Shown here: positions 1 through 13,116 of the stretch, in pieces
Position numbering within the stretch: position 1 is the stretch's first letter
Layout: the number at the start of each line of letters is the position of its first letter
Assembly (NCBI GenBank): GCA_964016885.1
Contig: OZ024758.1
Span: 17,422,001-17,486,000, forward strand
Reading direction: 5' to 3'
DNA length: 64,000 bases
Source: Eledone cirrhosa
Lineage: Eukaryota
Made by a program: the position numbers and the translations under genes
The notes under the pieces: model-generated
What the model saw: only the letters and a program-made list of their open reading frames with translations
What the model was told of the DNA's origin: nothing
Database searches by the model: none

Positions 1-87
1 TGATGATATTCATCATTACTACTATTGATAGTGATGATGATGGTTATTATGATGATGATGATGATGATAATTATAATCAGCGCTACT

Positions 88-1128
88 GCTACAACACAGC
101 ACAGCACAGCACAGCACAGCACAACACAGCACAACACAGCACAACACAACACAGCACAACACAACACAACACAGCACAACACAGCACAGCACAGCACAGC
201 ACAACACAACACAGCACAGCACAACACAGCACAACACAACACAACACAACACAGCACAGCACAGCACAGCACAGCACAACACAGCACAGCACAGCACAGC
301 ACAGCACAGCACAGCACAGCACAGCACAACACAGCACAACACAGCACAGCACAACACAGCACAGCACAGCACAGCACAACACAACACAACACAACACAAC
401 ACAACACAACACAACACAACACAACACAGCACAGCACAACACAACACAACACAGCACAGCACAGCACAACACAGCACAGCACAACACAACACAACACAAC
501 ACAGCACAACACAACACAGCACAACACAGCACAACACAGCACAACACAACACAGCACAACACAGCACAGCACAACACAACATAACACAGCAGAGCACAGC
601 ACAGCACAACACAGCACAGCACAGCACAACACAGCACAACACAACACAACACAGCACAACACAACACAACACAACACAGCACAACACAGCACAACATAAC
701 ACAGCAGAGCACAGCACAGCACAACACAGCACAGCACAACACAGCACAACACAACACAACACAACACAGCACAACACAGCACAACACAGCACAACACAAC
801 ACAACACAACACAACACAGCACAACACAGCACAACACAGCACAACACAACACAGCACAACACAACACAACACAGCACAACACAGCACAACACAACACAGC
901 ACAACACAACACAGCACAACACAACACAACACAACACAACACAGCACAGCACAACACAGCACAACACAACACAGCACAACACAACACAGCACAGCACAGC
1001 ACAACACAACACAACACAACACAGCACAACACAGCACAGCACAACACAGCACAACACAACACAACACAGCACAACACAACACAGCACAACACAGCACAAC
1101 ACAACACAACACAGCACAACACAACACT
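88..1128. repeat. Pentanucleotide satellite of interspersed ACAGC/ACAAC units
   Basis: Directly visible 5-bp periodicity over ~1 kb; explains the QHSTA/CCAVL pseudo-ORFs. Confidence 0.98.
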
Positions 1129-1282
1129 ACATTTACATTGCGTTGTGTATATTTATGTTACCGTTTCCAATGAAATAATCGGAACTTTGGTACCAAGGTA
1201 TTGTTTACGTAACACTAAACAGGTGCCATGGGAGATGTAGATGATCACACAACATCTTATACAGTGCATTTCATAACTGATC

Positions 1283-1920
1283 AGTTCCGAGGTTAACTTT
1301 GCCTTTCATCCTTACGGGTTCGATAAAATAAAGTACCAGTAATGCACTGGGATAATTGCTGGCCTTGTGCCAAAAAGTAGAAACAATTATTATTATTATT
1401 AGGGCAATAATGTACTGGGTAATTGCTGGCCTTGTGCCTAAAGTAGGAACAATTATTATTATTATTAGGGCAGTAATGTACTGGGTAATTGCTGGCCTTG
1501 TGCCTAAAGTAGAAACAATTATTATTATTATTAGGGTGGTGGATTGGCAGTATCGGTAGAGGGTCGGACGCCATGCTTTCCAGCATAGTTACGTCCCTTT
1601 ACGATCTGAGTTCAAATCCCGCGAGGTTAAATTTGCCTTTCATCCTTAGAGGGTCGATAAAATAAAGTACCAGTAATACACTGAGTAATTGCTGGCCTTG
1701 TACCAAAGGTAGAAAATTATTATTATCAGGGTGGTGGATTGGCAGTATCGGTAGAGGGTCAGACATGCTTTCCAGCATAGTTACGTCCCTTTACGATCTG
1801 AGTTCAAATCCCGCCGAGGTTAACTTTGCCCTTCATCCTTACAGGGTCGATAAAATAAAGTACCAGTAATGTACTGGGATAATTGCTGGCCTTGTGCCTA
1901 AAGTAGAAACAATTATTATT
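1283..1920 (+). mobile_element. Cluster of tRNA-derived SINE family A: tandem 3' tail repeats, then two head-to-tail full copies (~1533-1722, ~1729-1920)
   Basis: A-box-like TGGCAGTATCGG, B-box GAGTTCAAATCC, body TTTGCCTTTCATCCTTACGGGGTCGATAAAATAAAGTACCAG, tail GTAGAAACA(ATT)n; same sequence recurs >20 times in the window. Confidence 0.9.
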
Positions 1921-1985
1921 ACTATTGTTGTTATTTTTATATATTACAGTGTTTCAACTGAAAACATTATTATTTTCATTAATAT

Positions 1986-2712
1986 TTTCATCGAGGAGCT
2001 TTGCCAGTTCGGGATAAACCCTACAGGCATGGAGGTGCCGTGAGCCGGGCATGTCCGAGATACGCGCAGGGCGACGAAACCATCCTGCACGCACTCGTCC
2101 AGTGTCCGAGCATTGCTGACTTGTGGGTTTATGTCGAACACCTGCTGTCACATGTAGGACGGATCCAGCTATCAGCTGAGTCCATCGTGAGGATTGCCCC
2201 GCCCTCTTCCTTTAGCCGGGAAGGGCAGGCAGTTTTTATCTGTCTGGTGGCCATGGCGAAAGAGATAGTATGGTGGACACGTTTGAAAGGGCTGAAGACG
2301 AGCACTTACCTCTTCAGTGATGCCCTGATTAACTTTTTCAAATTTCATTTGAAAATGAAAGTCAGGGTAGAGAGAGAAGTGCTCTCTTCCCAGCATTTTG
2401 TTGAAAGATGGGTGAGAGAGGCAAGTATGGCTCGTGTGAATGGGCCTACTCTGAATATGTGTCTGTAAATTAAAGGTGGAAAACTGGGAGAGGGCACTTG
2501 CCCTGGTGGTCAGGGTCACTGTGGCCTTTTAATGGGCTTTCTCCACAAATGTCCTTCAGAAGTCTCCCCCCTATTGGGGAATTTTTCATTGTTATTTTTT
2601 ATTACATCCTCTGTTTTTTTACACGCAAAAATGCCCATTTGTACCGTCCTGTATTGCCCTGTACTGTCCTTAATGTCTACTTTATGTAAACCCTTGTGGT
2701 TAATAAAGAAAG
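1986..2712 (+). mobile_element. 5'-truncated L1/Tx1-like LINE: ORF2 C-terminus (zf-RVT-like cysteine domain, stop at 2468) plus 3' UTR
   Basis: Translation HRGALPVRDKPYRHG...CPRYAQGDETILHALVQCPSIADLW fits the CxxC..ETxxHxxxxCP motif of L1-clade ORF2; AATAAA at ~2702 followed by (ATT)n. Confidence 0.85.
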
Positions 2713-3464
2713 CATTATTATTCTCATTATTATTTTTACTATCATTATTATTATATATATATATATATATATAATAAATATAATATATATATATAAATAA
2801 TAAAGAAATCATTATTATTATTATTACTATTATTATTATTATCATTATCATTATTATTATTATTACTACTACTACTACTATCATATATTACAGTGTTGCA
2901 ACTGAAATTATTATCATTATTATTACTATTATTATTACTATAACTATTACTATTATATATTACAGCGTTTCAACTGAAAACGTTTTCTCTTTGATGCATA
3001 TTGCTTGCGACTGGTGTCTTTTTTCTATGCAGGGGATGTTTCTCTCTACCTCATTTAACATCATAAAAACTAGAGATAATTTCTAATACATTGTGACACC
3101 TTACCATAAAATATAGCAACTAGAAAGGAAAAAGGAAACTGGAAAAGAAAAGGAAAAATGTAACACAACCAATGAATAAGCAATAAAGAAAAGACATGTG
3201 TTGTAGAGTGTTATAGAGTGTTGTACAGGGTTATAGAGGGTAGAATCTTGTGGAAAATAATGCTTTGGAGATAGAGAGGAACATGGAGTGAAAGTTAGAT
3301 GATAGAGAGAGGAAGATGGAGAGAGAGAAGAGAGAAAGAGAATGAGGAAAGAGAGAGAGTGAGGGAGATGATTAATATATATATATATATATACTATCCA
3401 AGAAAAACTTGAACCGTTAAGGTATCTTTTCTTGGTTAAGTACAAATTTATAAAACAAACTTTG

Positions 3465-3525
3465 TATTTTATCTGATGAAAGCGTATCAAAGTTTTGGTA
3501 CCCTTGAAATATATATAATAGAATG
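3465..3525 (+). ncRNA. Type I hammerhead ribozyme motif (family H1), predicted cleavage after AUA at 3517
   Basis: Stem I TTTTAT/ATAGAA; core CTGATGA 3473-3479; stem II AAG-C-GTATCAAA / TTTGGTAC-C-CTT; GAAA 3506-3509; palindromic stem III ATATATAT; H17=A. Confidence 0.8.
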
Positions 3526-3912
3526 AATATGGTTTTATAAATATAGTTTCTATTTATTAAATATCATTGTGTATATATATTTTTTAACGATCGACTTTCG
3601 TCAAATCGGACCGAGGAAACAATGTTTCCATTGGTCTTTCCAATTGCTAATACTATCTATCGGTCACAACTCCAGGTAGAAGGAGCAACGTAAAATAAAG
3701 TGTCTTGCTCAAGGACATAACGCATTATATATATATATATATATATAAAGGTTTACATATATATATATATATAAAGTCATAGATATATATGTGTTTTGCA
3801 ACGGGTCATGTTGTGGCTCAATGAAGAATTAATAAATTAAATAATCAGAGCTATATATCATAAAACATGTCTATAGAATCACCAGATAAAATATATACCG
3901 TTTCCTCTATGT

Positions 3913-3968
<56 letters not shown>

Positions 3969-3971
<3 letters not shown>

Positions 3972-4365
3972 TGCCACAACATCCAGGCCGAAACAAATGA
4001 GATCGTGTAGGTGTCACGTCAAAAAAACACACAGTTCACGCTGTAATGTGGCCGTGTAGGCAACGCGGTAAAAACCTCCCAGCCCCACACTGTAAATGTG
4101 GTTGGTGTTAGGAAGGGCATCCAGCTGTAGAAAACCCGCCAGACAGTCCACGCTGTAATGTGGCCGTGTAGGCAACACGGTAAAAACCTCCCAGCCCCAC
4201 ACTGTAAATGTGGTTGGTGTTAGGAAAGGCATCCAGCTGTAGAAAACCCGCCAGATAGTCCTATGCGAGCAAGATAATCACTCTTGCCTCAAGTGGGAAA
4301 ACCCCCGTCCAAACCCATGCAAGCGTGGAACACGGACGTTAAACGTTGATGATGATGATGATGAT
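3969..4365 (+). mobile_element. SINE family B body and (GAT)n tail, head missing
   Basis: GGTTGGTGTTAGGAAGGGCATCCAGCTGTAGAAA core with an internal duplication; ends GGACGTTAAACGTT(GAT)n; reverse copy at ~26512-26797. Confidence 0.85.
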
Positions 4366-4464
4366 ATTATAGATGCAGCGAGATCTAGGCAAATTGATGT
4401 CTATTGAAACCTACGTTAGAACCAAATAAATCTCTTTTACTGCAGCTTTCTGTTCTTTTTGATT

Positions 4465-4517
<53 letters not shown>

Positions 4518-4739
4518 TAGAAGTGGTATTTAATCTGTTGGAAGTCCGACAAATATAAATGTTTATAACTGATTTAGGAAAGAATGATTGGATAGATTTG
4601 CAACTCGGAGATCAGAGAGTCACTTCAGGTAGAGCCACTACTTCTCTGAATTGAGAGATCACAGCTCCGATACTAGGGTCACGTGGTTAGAATGTCTCAG
4701 GAAAAAAAAAATCGCTAGACATATTTTACGGGCAAAACA

Positions 4740-4940
4740 AAACCAACCAGCAAGAGAGCCAGGTGTAGACCCCGAGCAAGATGGTTGGATAAAATCCATA
4801 AGCTTTCCTGGTCACATGTGGGGATCCAACCAGTTCAGTTGGAGACGGTTGCTTCTGACAGGACCAGCTGGAAGGAGTGTTTGAGGACTCTGCCACCACG
4901 ACCCTCTCAGGAATAAGTGAGCAAAGAATAAGAATAAGAA
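4740..4940 (+). mobile_element. Short RTE-like LINE 3' end fragment
   Basis: Encodes RPRARWLDKIHKL...ETVASDRTSWKECLRTLPPRPSQE*; related copies at ~18435-18545(-), ~18690-18850(-), ~47040-47215(-), ~59280-59470(+). Confidence 0.7.
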
Positions 4941-5239
4941 GTGACGCTGATATATCAGCCTTTTAATTTTTTAGTCAGATTTACATAGGAAATTACAAAA
5001 AGGGGACTAATACATTAACCCTTTTGTTACCATATTTATGGGGACCACTGAAGTAGCGTTCATGTTACAGTCCTCATCAAATGAGTTCTCTCATTTGTTA
5101 ATCCTTCTTCCACACTACACTACATGGAATACAACCTTGAAACCTTCACATCCCAGGCAAGGCTCTGTGTGCAACACTGGATAGGTGTGGTGTAGAGACT
5201 TGATAAGAAGAAGACAGTATTTATAATGAAGGATCGACA

Positions 5240-5455
5240 GTCAATCGACTTTTGTCAAATCGGGCCGAGGTAACAATGTCTCTGTTGGTCTTTCCAATTG
5301 CTAATACTATATATCAGTTGCAAATCCAGGTAGAAAGAACAACGTGAAATAAAGTGTCTTGCTCAAGGACATAATGCATCACACGATCCAGGAATCAAAC
5401 TCACAACCTCACGTTTGCGAATCCAGTTCTCTAACCAATCAGTCACACACCTTCA
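5240..5455 (-). mobile_element. tRNA-derived SINE, B-type head with a different 3' tail
   Basis: Shares GTGAAATAAAGTGTCTTGCTCAAGGA and the head with family B; further copies at ~3588-3725 and ~6318-6495. Confidence 0.75.
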
Positions 5456-5612
5456 GTAATATTAATATATATATAATTCCTGCCATATACATCTGGTTTT
5501 ATATTTAGTAAAGGCAGAGTTTATCTAAACTATAATAAAGTAAGGAGTGTGGGACTGTGTATGGTTTATAATTTTTTATCCCATTAGTAAAATAAGTTGG
5601 ATTACTTTGAAT

Positions 5613-5803
5613 AATAATTGTTTCTACTTTTGGCACAAGGCCAGCAATTATCGCAGTGTATTACTGGTACCTTATTTTATTGACCCCGTAATGATGAAAG
5701 GCAAAGTTAACCTCGGCGGGATTTGAACTCAGACCATAAAGGGTCGTAACTCTATGCGGCAAGGCATGGTGTCTGACCCTCTACCGATACTGCCAATCCA
5801 CCG
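5613..5803 (-). mobile_element. SINE family A, full copy
   Basis: Reverse complement of the 1533-1722 copy. Confidence 0.9.
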
Positions 5804-7302
5804 TTCTATTACTTTGAATAAATAATGAATGAATATTACATAATTTATCTACTAAATTTCGTGGCTGTTGATCAAATATATTTTGTTTATTTAAAGATTC
5901 ACTTCTTTAAAATTTCTGAAATGTCAACACTTCCGGTTGACCATCGCTTAAATAAACATACTAATTTCCTCCTAATGCAGTTTATATATTATATCGTCTT
6001 TTTTAATGTATCATGGATTACATTACTGATTAAATAAGACAGTGTAACACAGTCTTCGTTCAATTTCTATGTATTATATATTGTCAATTACGATTTTATT
6101 TGATGTATCATAGCTACATGTATATATACCTGCGTATAATATCAATATACACACTACACATGCTAGCAGAAAACCACACGAAGGGTGGTTTTTCTGCTAG
6201 TTTACATAATTACTCTAAAAAAAAAAATATTGTCACCATTGTCCAGCTATAGCTTTCTATCTTTCTTTTTATGCCAAAATTAGCCTTAACTTTAATATAT
6301 AAAAAAAAAATTTGTTGATCGACTTTCGTCAAATTGGATCGAGGATACAATGTTTCTGTTGCTCCTTCTCCAGGTAGAAGGAGCAATGTGAAATAAAGTG
6401 TCTTGCTCAAGGACATAACGCATCACACGGTCCAGGATTCAAACTCACAACCTCACGATTGTGAATCCAATTCTCTAACCACTCAGCCACGAGCCTTATA
6501 TTACATATAATTTACCAATAACTTCAAAAATAATCGGGAATTTATTCTTCCCACACATATGCCCATGATCCTTTGGTGGGTGGGGGAAATATAGGGATCC
6601 TTTACTCTTGGGGGCCATCCAGTACTATATCATGGTCTGTTGTTATCCTTTATTCTCATTTTACCTCTTTCATTGTCATTTTTCTAATGAAAGGCTACCT
6701 ATCATTTTCAAATAATTAAAAAAAATTAATATAAATCTTAGAGTGATTTACTAATGTAAACTAACTTTCTCATTAACAAGCACTCAAATCCCGTCGAGGT
6801 TAACTTTGCCTTTCAGCCTTACGGGGTCAATAAAATAAAGCACCAGTAACGTACTGGGGTCGATTGAATAGATTTTCCCATTATCTCAAAGCAGCATCAA
6901 ACACCATGCTTTGCAGCATAGAGTTATGGCCCTTTACATTCTGAGTTCTAATCCAGCCGATGTTTGCTTTGCCTTTCATCCTTACAGGGTTGATAAAATA
7001 AAGTACCAGTAACGCACTGGGTTAATTGCTGGCCTTGTGCCAAAATTAGAAACAATTATCTTTCTTTCTCTATCCTTCTCTGGAAATAATCTCCTGAATA
7101 TCAAACCTAGAGAGTAGATGGGCTCTGTCAGGTTTTAAAATGCCCTAGAAATGCTGTGTTTCAATACAGCACAGCTGTGACTCTTTCAGGAGTTATGCGA
7201 TTATAACGAAAAAGGAACAGAAACCTACATTCCATCATAGGTCGAAAGGGAACAGATATTCTTACACAATTGCTGGCCTTGTGCCAAAAGTAGAAACAAT
7301 TA

Positions 7303-8021
7303 TTAACCCTTTAGCATTTAAATGGGCCATATCCGGCCAGAATTCTCTCACCTCTTTCTGTTCAACCCGACCGTAACCAGCTGCTCATACTAATGTTAAC
7401 ATATTATTCTCAAAATAAATAACATCAAAATCTCATAGATTCCATATTATGTGAGATAAAGCCCTTACTATGAAAATACAATAGTATATATAGAGTAATG
7501 TAAATGTTATGTGAGATATTATGTGAGGTAAAGCTTTTACTGCGAAAATTCAATAGTATATATAGAGTAATGTAAATGTTATGTGTGGTAAATATTTGAG
7601 GTAAACCCTTTACTGTGAAAATACAATATTATATATAGAGTAATGTAAATGTTATGCGAGATATTATGTGAGGTAAAGCCTTTACTGTGAAAATACAATA
7701 TTATATATAGAGTAATGTAAATGTTATGTGAGATATTATGTGAGGTAAAGCTTTTACTGTGAAAATACAATATTATATATAGAGTAATGTAAATGTTATG
7801 TGAGATATTATGTGAGGTAAAGCCTTTACTGTGAACATACAATATTATATATAGAGTAATGTAAATGTTATGTGAGATATGTGAGGTAAAGCCTTTACTG
7901 TGAAAATACAATAGTATATATAGAGTAATGTAAATGTTATGTGTGGTAAATATGTGAGGTACACCCTTATCTGTGAAAATACAATAGTATATATAGAGTA
8001 ATGTAAATGCTAAAGGGTTAA
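7303..8021. mobile_element. piggyBac-type MITE with internal ~71-bp tandem expansion (~8 units)
   Basis: TTAA-CCCTTTAGCATTTA...TAAATGCTAAAGGG-TTAA termini; unexpanded ~230-bp copies at ~9444-9670, ~15271-15500, ~49520-49745; interrupted copies at ~19068-19373, ~30287-30677, ~34057-34448. Confidence 0.88.
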
Positions 8022-8609
8022 GCACTCTTGCCAACAAGCATAAATGATGATGATGATGTTTAGAGAATAACATGACAGTGTTTGTTACATAAAATTATGA
8101 TGAGAAGATTTTCCATACATATAGACACTGTAACCATTAACCTACAATATAATAGAAGACAACCTATGATTTTCAGATAATTTTGAAAATATTCAAGAGT
8201 TTGAAAGAATTTTGTTTTATAACTAACTTTCTCATTATTACACCGATATTTTAAATATAACATGACAAAAGGTATTACATAATATTGTGATGAAAGGTTT
8301 TTATACATAAATATAATCATTTTAAAATAAACAGCTTAGTATCATAAAATCAGAGAGTTTAAGGCATATTGATATTAAAAAAATGTTAAATTCTTTTGAA
8401 ATGTTAGCAGTGATAGCAGAAGCTGTAGAACTATTGAGAGAAAACTAAAAGTTTCAGAAAAAATGTTTAACATAGTTCAAATTTATTTTATTAATGATAT
8501 ATTTTCATTAAAAATGTATTCTCTATTATTATATATTTCACTATGTTGTAAAGATTCTAGAAACAAAGGACATATCTAATGGTGAAATTGGTGAGAGAAG
8601 AATGGATAG

Positions 8610-8708
8610 CAGATGATGGTGAAACAATTGATGATGATGATGATGATGGTGATGGTGATGGCATTGTTGATGATGTCAACAACGATGATGATGATGATGA
8701 CACTGTTA

Positions 8709-8742
<34 letters not shown>

Positions 8743-8839
8743 CATTGTTGATGATGTCGATGATGATGATGATGATGACGTTGATGATGTCGATGATGAT
8801 GATGTTGGTGGCAATGATGTTGTTGATATTGATAATGTC

Positions 8840-8874
<35 letters not shown>

Positions 8875-8925
8875 CGACATTGTTGATGACGTTGATGATG
8901 ATGCTGATAAAAATGATGGTGACAA
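8610..8925. repeat. Imperfect (GAT)n microsatellite
   Basis: Directly visible; source of the poly-D/poly-M/poly-H pseudo-ORFs. Confidence 0.95.
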
Positions 8926-10253
8926 TGGAAACTGCCATATATAATTGTTTCTACTTTAGGCACAAGGCCAGCAATTACCCCAGTGCATTACTGGTGCTTT
9001 ATTTTATCGACCCCGTAAGGATGAAAGGCAAAGTTAACCTCAGCAGGATTGGAACTCAGAACTAAAGGACCATAACTCTATCCAGTGTAACAAGTATCCT
9101 TATAGAAAATGATGATGGAAGATTTTTTTTAGATTAATATAGTAAATATAAACACTTTAAATTTGTATTGTAAAAACAGAGGCAGTTTCAGGTATCAAAG
9201 GGGTTAAATCACATTTAAAAATTTAAAATACAAGAGTGGACCATAAAATAAATAGATTGTCTAATTAACCTATTATTTTGAAAAAGAATACAACAAATTT
9301 TCATAAACTGTTTCCCATATTAAAAATATTTTTTGATAGAAAATATTTTCAACATGGGAAAAAAGTTCAGCAAATTTATTGAAATTTATTTCAAGATGTG
9401 TAGTAAAAATTCATGTTTGGCTTATTTAAATTGACACTCTTCATTAAACCTTTAACATTTAAACCAGCCGTAACCAGCCAGAATTCTCTCACCTCTCTAT
9501 TAAAACTGGCTGTAACCGGCCACTCATATTGATGTTAAGGTATTGTTATTAAAATAAATAATATAAAAATCTCATAGATTCGATATTATGTGAGATAATT
9601 ATATGAGGTAAATCCTTTACCAGGAAAATATAATAGTAAATATAGAGTAATGTAAATGCTAAAGGGTTAAGTGACATATTCCTATGTAAATACAGTGTAA
9701 TTTTTCGATAGAAAAAATAAATCCTTGATGCATGTTTATGCAACTTAGTGTGAAATAGCAGAAGTAATCAGGGTCCTTTCCAATTGCCTTAGTGCAAATG
9801 AAATTTTTTCCTTTCTATTTTAGAGTCATGAATTTTAGAGTCATGAATTTTATAAAGTTTTGTAGTACATATTTTATTAGAAATAAACGAAAATTTAACA
9901 GAAAATTCGCTTTATGATTAATTATTATTTTTATTATTCATGATATTTTATCATTTCTAATACTGAAGCAAAGTCAATGTTACAATTTTTATTGTCCAAT
10001 AAATAAATTTCATATTAATTCCTTATATTTCCTATTTTCAACATAGAAACTATGAAACACAGTACATAATTATATCAGAAATATAATATGAATATTCTCT
10101 ATCAATTTCATGTTATCAACAAGGCATTATAACAACCCCTCCCAACAAAGAAATGCCTAGGGGTTCCTACTTACACAACTACAGCATACATCGATTAGCA
10201 TTAAGTCCCTAGACATGGTGGGCCACCGGAAAAATGTCTAGTGTGCCCAGGCC

Positions 10254-10567
10254 TTAACCTCTTCAGTGCCGTAGGAGAGATAACTCATCCTAACATGTAT
10301 GCATTCCAGTGCCACAGACGAGGTAACTCACCCTAACATGTTTGAAATCTTTTCCAACAGTTCATAACTTCAAAGTTATGAACTTGTTTCCAACAGTTCA
10401 TAACTTCAAAGCTAGATGGGGTTACTAGTTTATTGCTATGAGATTTGTCAATCATTCATATATGTGTTGTTAATAAATGTTTGTTTAAAAAGTAGTCATT
10501 TTACTGAAAAAACACCCGGCACAGCAACTGTAGCTGTGTAAAATATACATGGCAGTCAACAGGTTAA
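10254..10567. mobile_element. Old piggyBac-type MITE (second family)
   Basis: TTAA-CCTCTTCAGTGCC ... GGCAGTCAACAGG-TTAA imperfect terminal inverted repeats. Confidence 0.6.
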
Positions 10568-10904
10568 GACAGAACAGGTGAAGTATACAGCTCATGAAGT
10601 AACAGTTACATGCTTTGTTATTTAACTAAGACTAAGTGAATTTAAAGCATCAAATGATAGATGTACTTGCTTTATTAACTGACATGAATATTTCAAAATC
10701 CTTTGGAAAAAGTTAAATTTGATTGGTATAAAATGACTTGTATATTTGAAAACTTAATGTGATGAAACATTTGCATCTCATAAGCTGGGATATACAATAA
10801 TCCTAAGTATACTTCAGCAACATTACTACACCTTAGCTCAAAAGATTTGGAAGATTCTCAATCTGCTGCCATTTTCAATAGACATATACCAAAAGAGTGG
10901 TGAA

Positions 10905-11363
10905 GACCTCCTTCAGTCAAGAATAACCATGGTGTTTGTATTTAAAAGGTTCCTCACTGAGGCATAAGTCCAGGCAAGTTTGTTTGTGGAAGATCGGTAG
11001 TCGCCCATGCATACCAATCTACCATCTCCACACCACCAATGTTGTCTCAGGGGAAGACTAAGGCTGATACAGCTTGGCACCAGTGACATCACAACTAATA
11101 TATACACTATATATGCATTATATATACAGCAAAAATATATATACTGTATATACATTGTGTTCAATATATAAACACTATATATGTTGATGTCCAAGGGAAA
11201 GACTGATGTAACCTGACACCAGTGATGTCGGAACTCATTCCTACAGCTTAGTGAACTGGAGCAACGTGAAATAAAGTGTCTTGCTCAAGAACACAATGCA
11301 TCACTCGGTCTTAGAATCGAACTCACACCCTCACGATTGTAAGCCTGGCACTCTAACCACTAA
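10905..11363 (-). mobile_element. SINE with B-type head and a distinct tail
   Basis: B-type head at the right end; related copy at ~45370-45672. Confidence 0.7.
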
Positions 11364-13116
11364 AAGAGTAGTAAACAAATATTGCATGTAACAGAAATAT
11401 CCATAAGGTAGTTCATTCAGTCCTGGTAATTTTCTATTTGCAGTCTCCTAACATATCTGCTACTTCAGCTGTTGAAATTGGTGTGTTATGAAAGAGTGAG
11501 TTATGTTATTCTACTAGGTAGTGATTCTTCATCAGAGTATGTGTTATGAGGTTTGTTGTTGGTGTTGGACTTCAAATGGTTCCTAAGACAAGTGTTCCAG
11601 TTGTTTGAACAATTGAACAGCTTTCTCATGAAATTAACATGCAAAGCAAATTGAGAGATCACAGCTCCAATACTACATACAAAAACAATATCAATTCCTC
11701 AAAATTACAGACTGATAATCTGTTTACTAACAATATATAAAGAATCTTCAATACACTGACTGCTCATCTGAAAGATAATATTATCTTAGCAGAGGAATAT
11801 AAAAGGTTTTTACAAAAAATATGTATGGATTCAGAAAACAGCCATTGGCAAATTGAGTAGTTATTAAAAAAAAAGCCAGAAATAATAAAATGAAGTCAGA
11901 ATACAATAAACAGAGGCATAAAAATATCTTGCAGCATCTTCAACACACAATCCTTCTCATCACCACCACTACTGTTTAGCGTTTATTTTTTCATGGTTGC
12001 ATGGTTTAGACGGGTCGTCCATGCTGAGAGGCAAGTCTAGCCAGAGTTGGCCATGTCATACCTTGCTCCAACGAGGTCTGTAAATTTGGCCAGCGATTTT
12101 ACAGCTGGATACCCTTCCCTAACATCAACCATATTTACAGTGTGGAACTCCTAACAATACAACACATAGTATCTCAGTTTCACATCAACAGGAGACCGTC
12201 TATGAAATCACTCTTTATGTACTAAATATTATTTTTTTATTTGCAAACTCAAACATTTACCAACCCATTTAAAATAAATACAACATAATAATGGCAATAA
12301 AAATATACCGAGAGAAAATGAAAGACATGTATGTATATATGTGTGTTCTTTTGTTTGTTTTTTATCGTGCAATGACCATACTCAATAACAAAGGGGCAGC
12401 CATTATGTATGTATGCATGTTATGTCAGGTCGCTCTTCACCACTCTTGGTAACATGTAACCCAGTACAACCTATCGCTGGTCAGGTTGTAAGGAACTAAA
12501 CCAGCGACCTCACCAAACTTGCTTCATGAAGAGGGTGATTTTGGACCCCCTGTGGGATGAGAAACAAACCCATCAAAGGGCAGAGGAACTCAGGAGAGTT
12601 AACAGCCTTACAATACATTTTTTTTTTTCAAGCGAGAGAGACTCGTAAAATTCATTGCAAAAATGTTTTCAACAGGAAGATGGGCCCTTCCTGGCGAATG
12701 GGGCCCTGACAGGTATGATGTGTAGCATCTCTGACAGCAGCCTGGTAGTCAATCACTGCTCTCACTTTATGACTGCAAAGATAACTTTTGAGTCTAGCTT
12801 TGCTGAGGCTAAGTCATGCACTGATGCTGCCTGTTTTACATACATACATATATACAAGATGGCTGCCCCCTCGTTATCGAGTATGGCCATTGCACGATAT
12901 ACCATTATTAATAATTATTAATTAATTCTATTGTGCAATGTCTGTGCGTGAAGATATTTTTAAAGTGAGGAAAGACTGTGCACTGAGCCAATCCCACTCT
13001 CTGAGCGACAGTAGCTATAACCCGAAAAGAAGAAAAGATCAACATCATTGGTAACTACTGAGCCGCAGGTTTTATGTTGGAGTTATCCCAGTTTCCTGAG
13101 TTGCCTTCTCCTAGAA

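Noticed and set aside
3-1122. Long Cys-rich and QHST-repeat ORFs
   Set aside because: Translations of GAT and pentamer repeats, open in several frames on both strands.
8557-9065. Poly-Asp/Met/His/Ser ORFs
   Set aside because: (GAT)n microsatellite running into a SINE.
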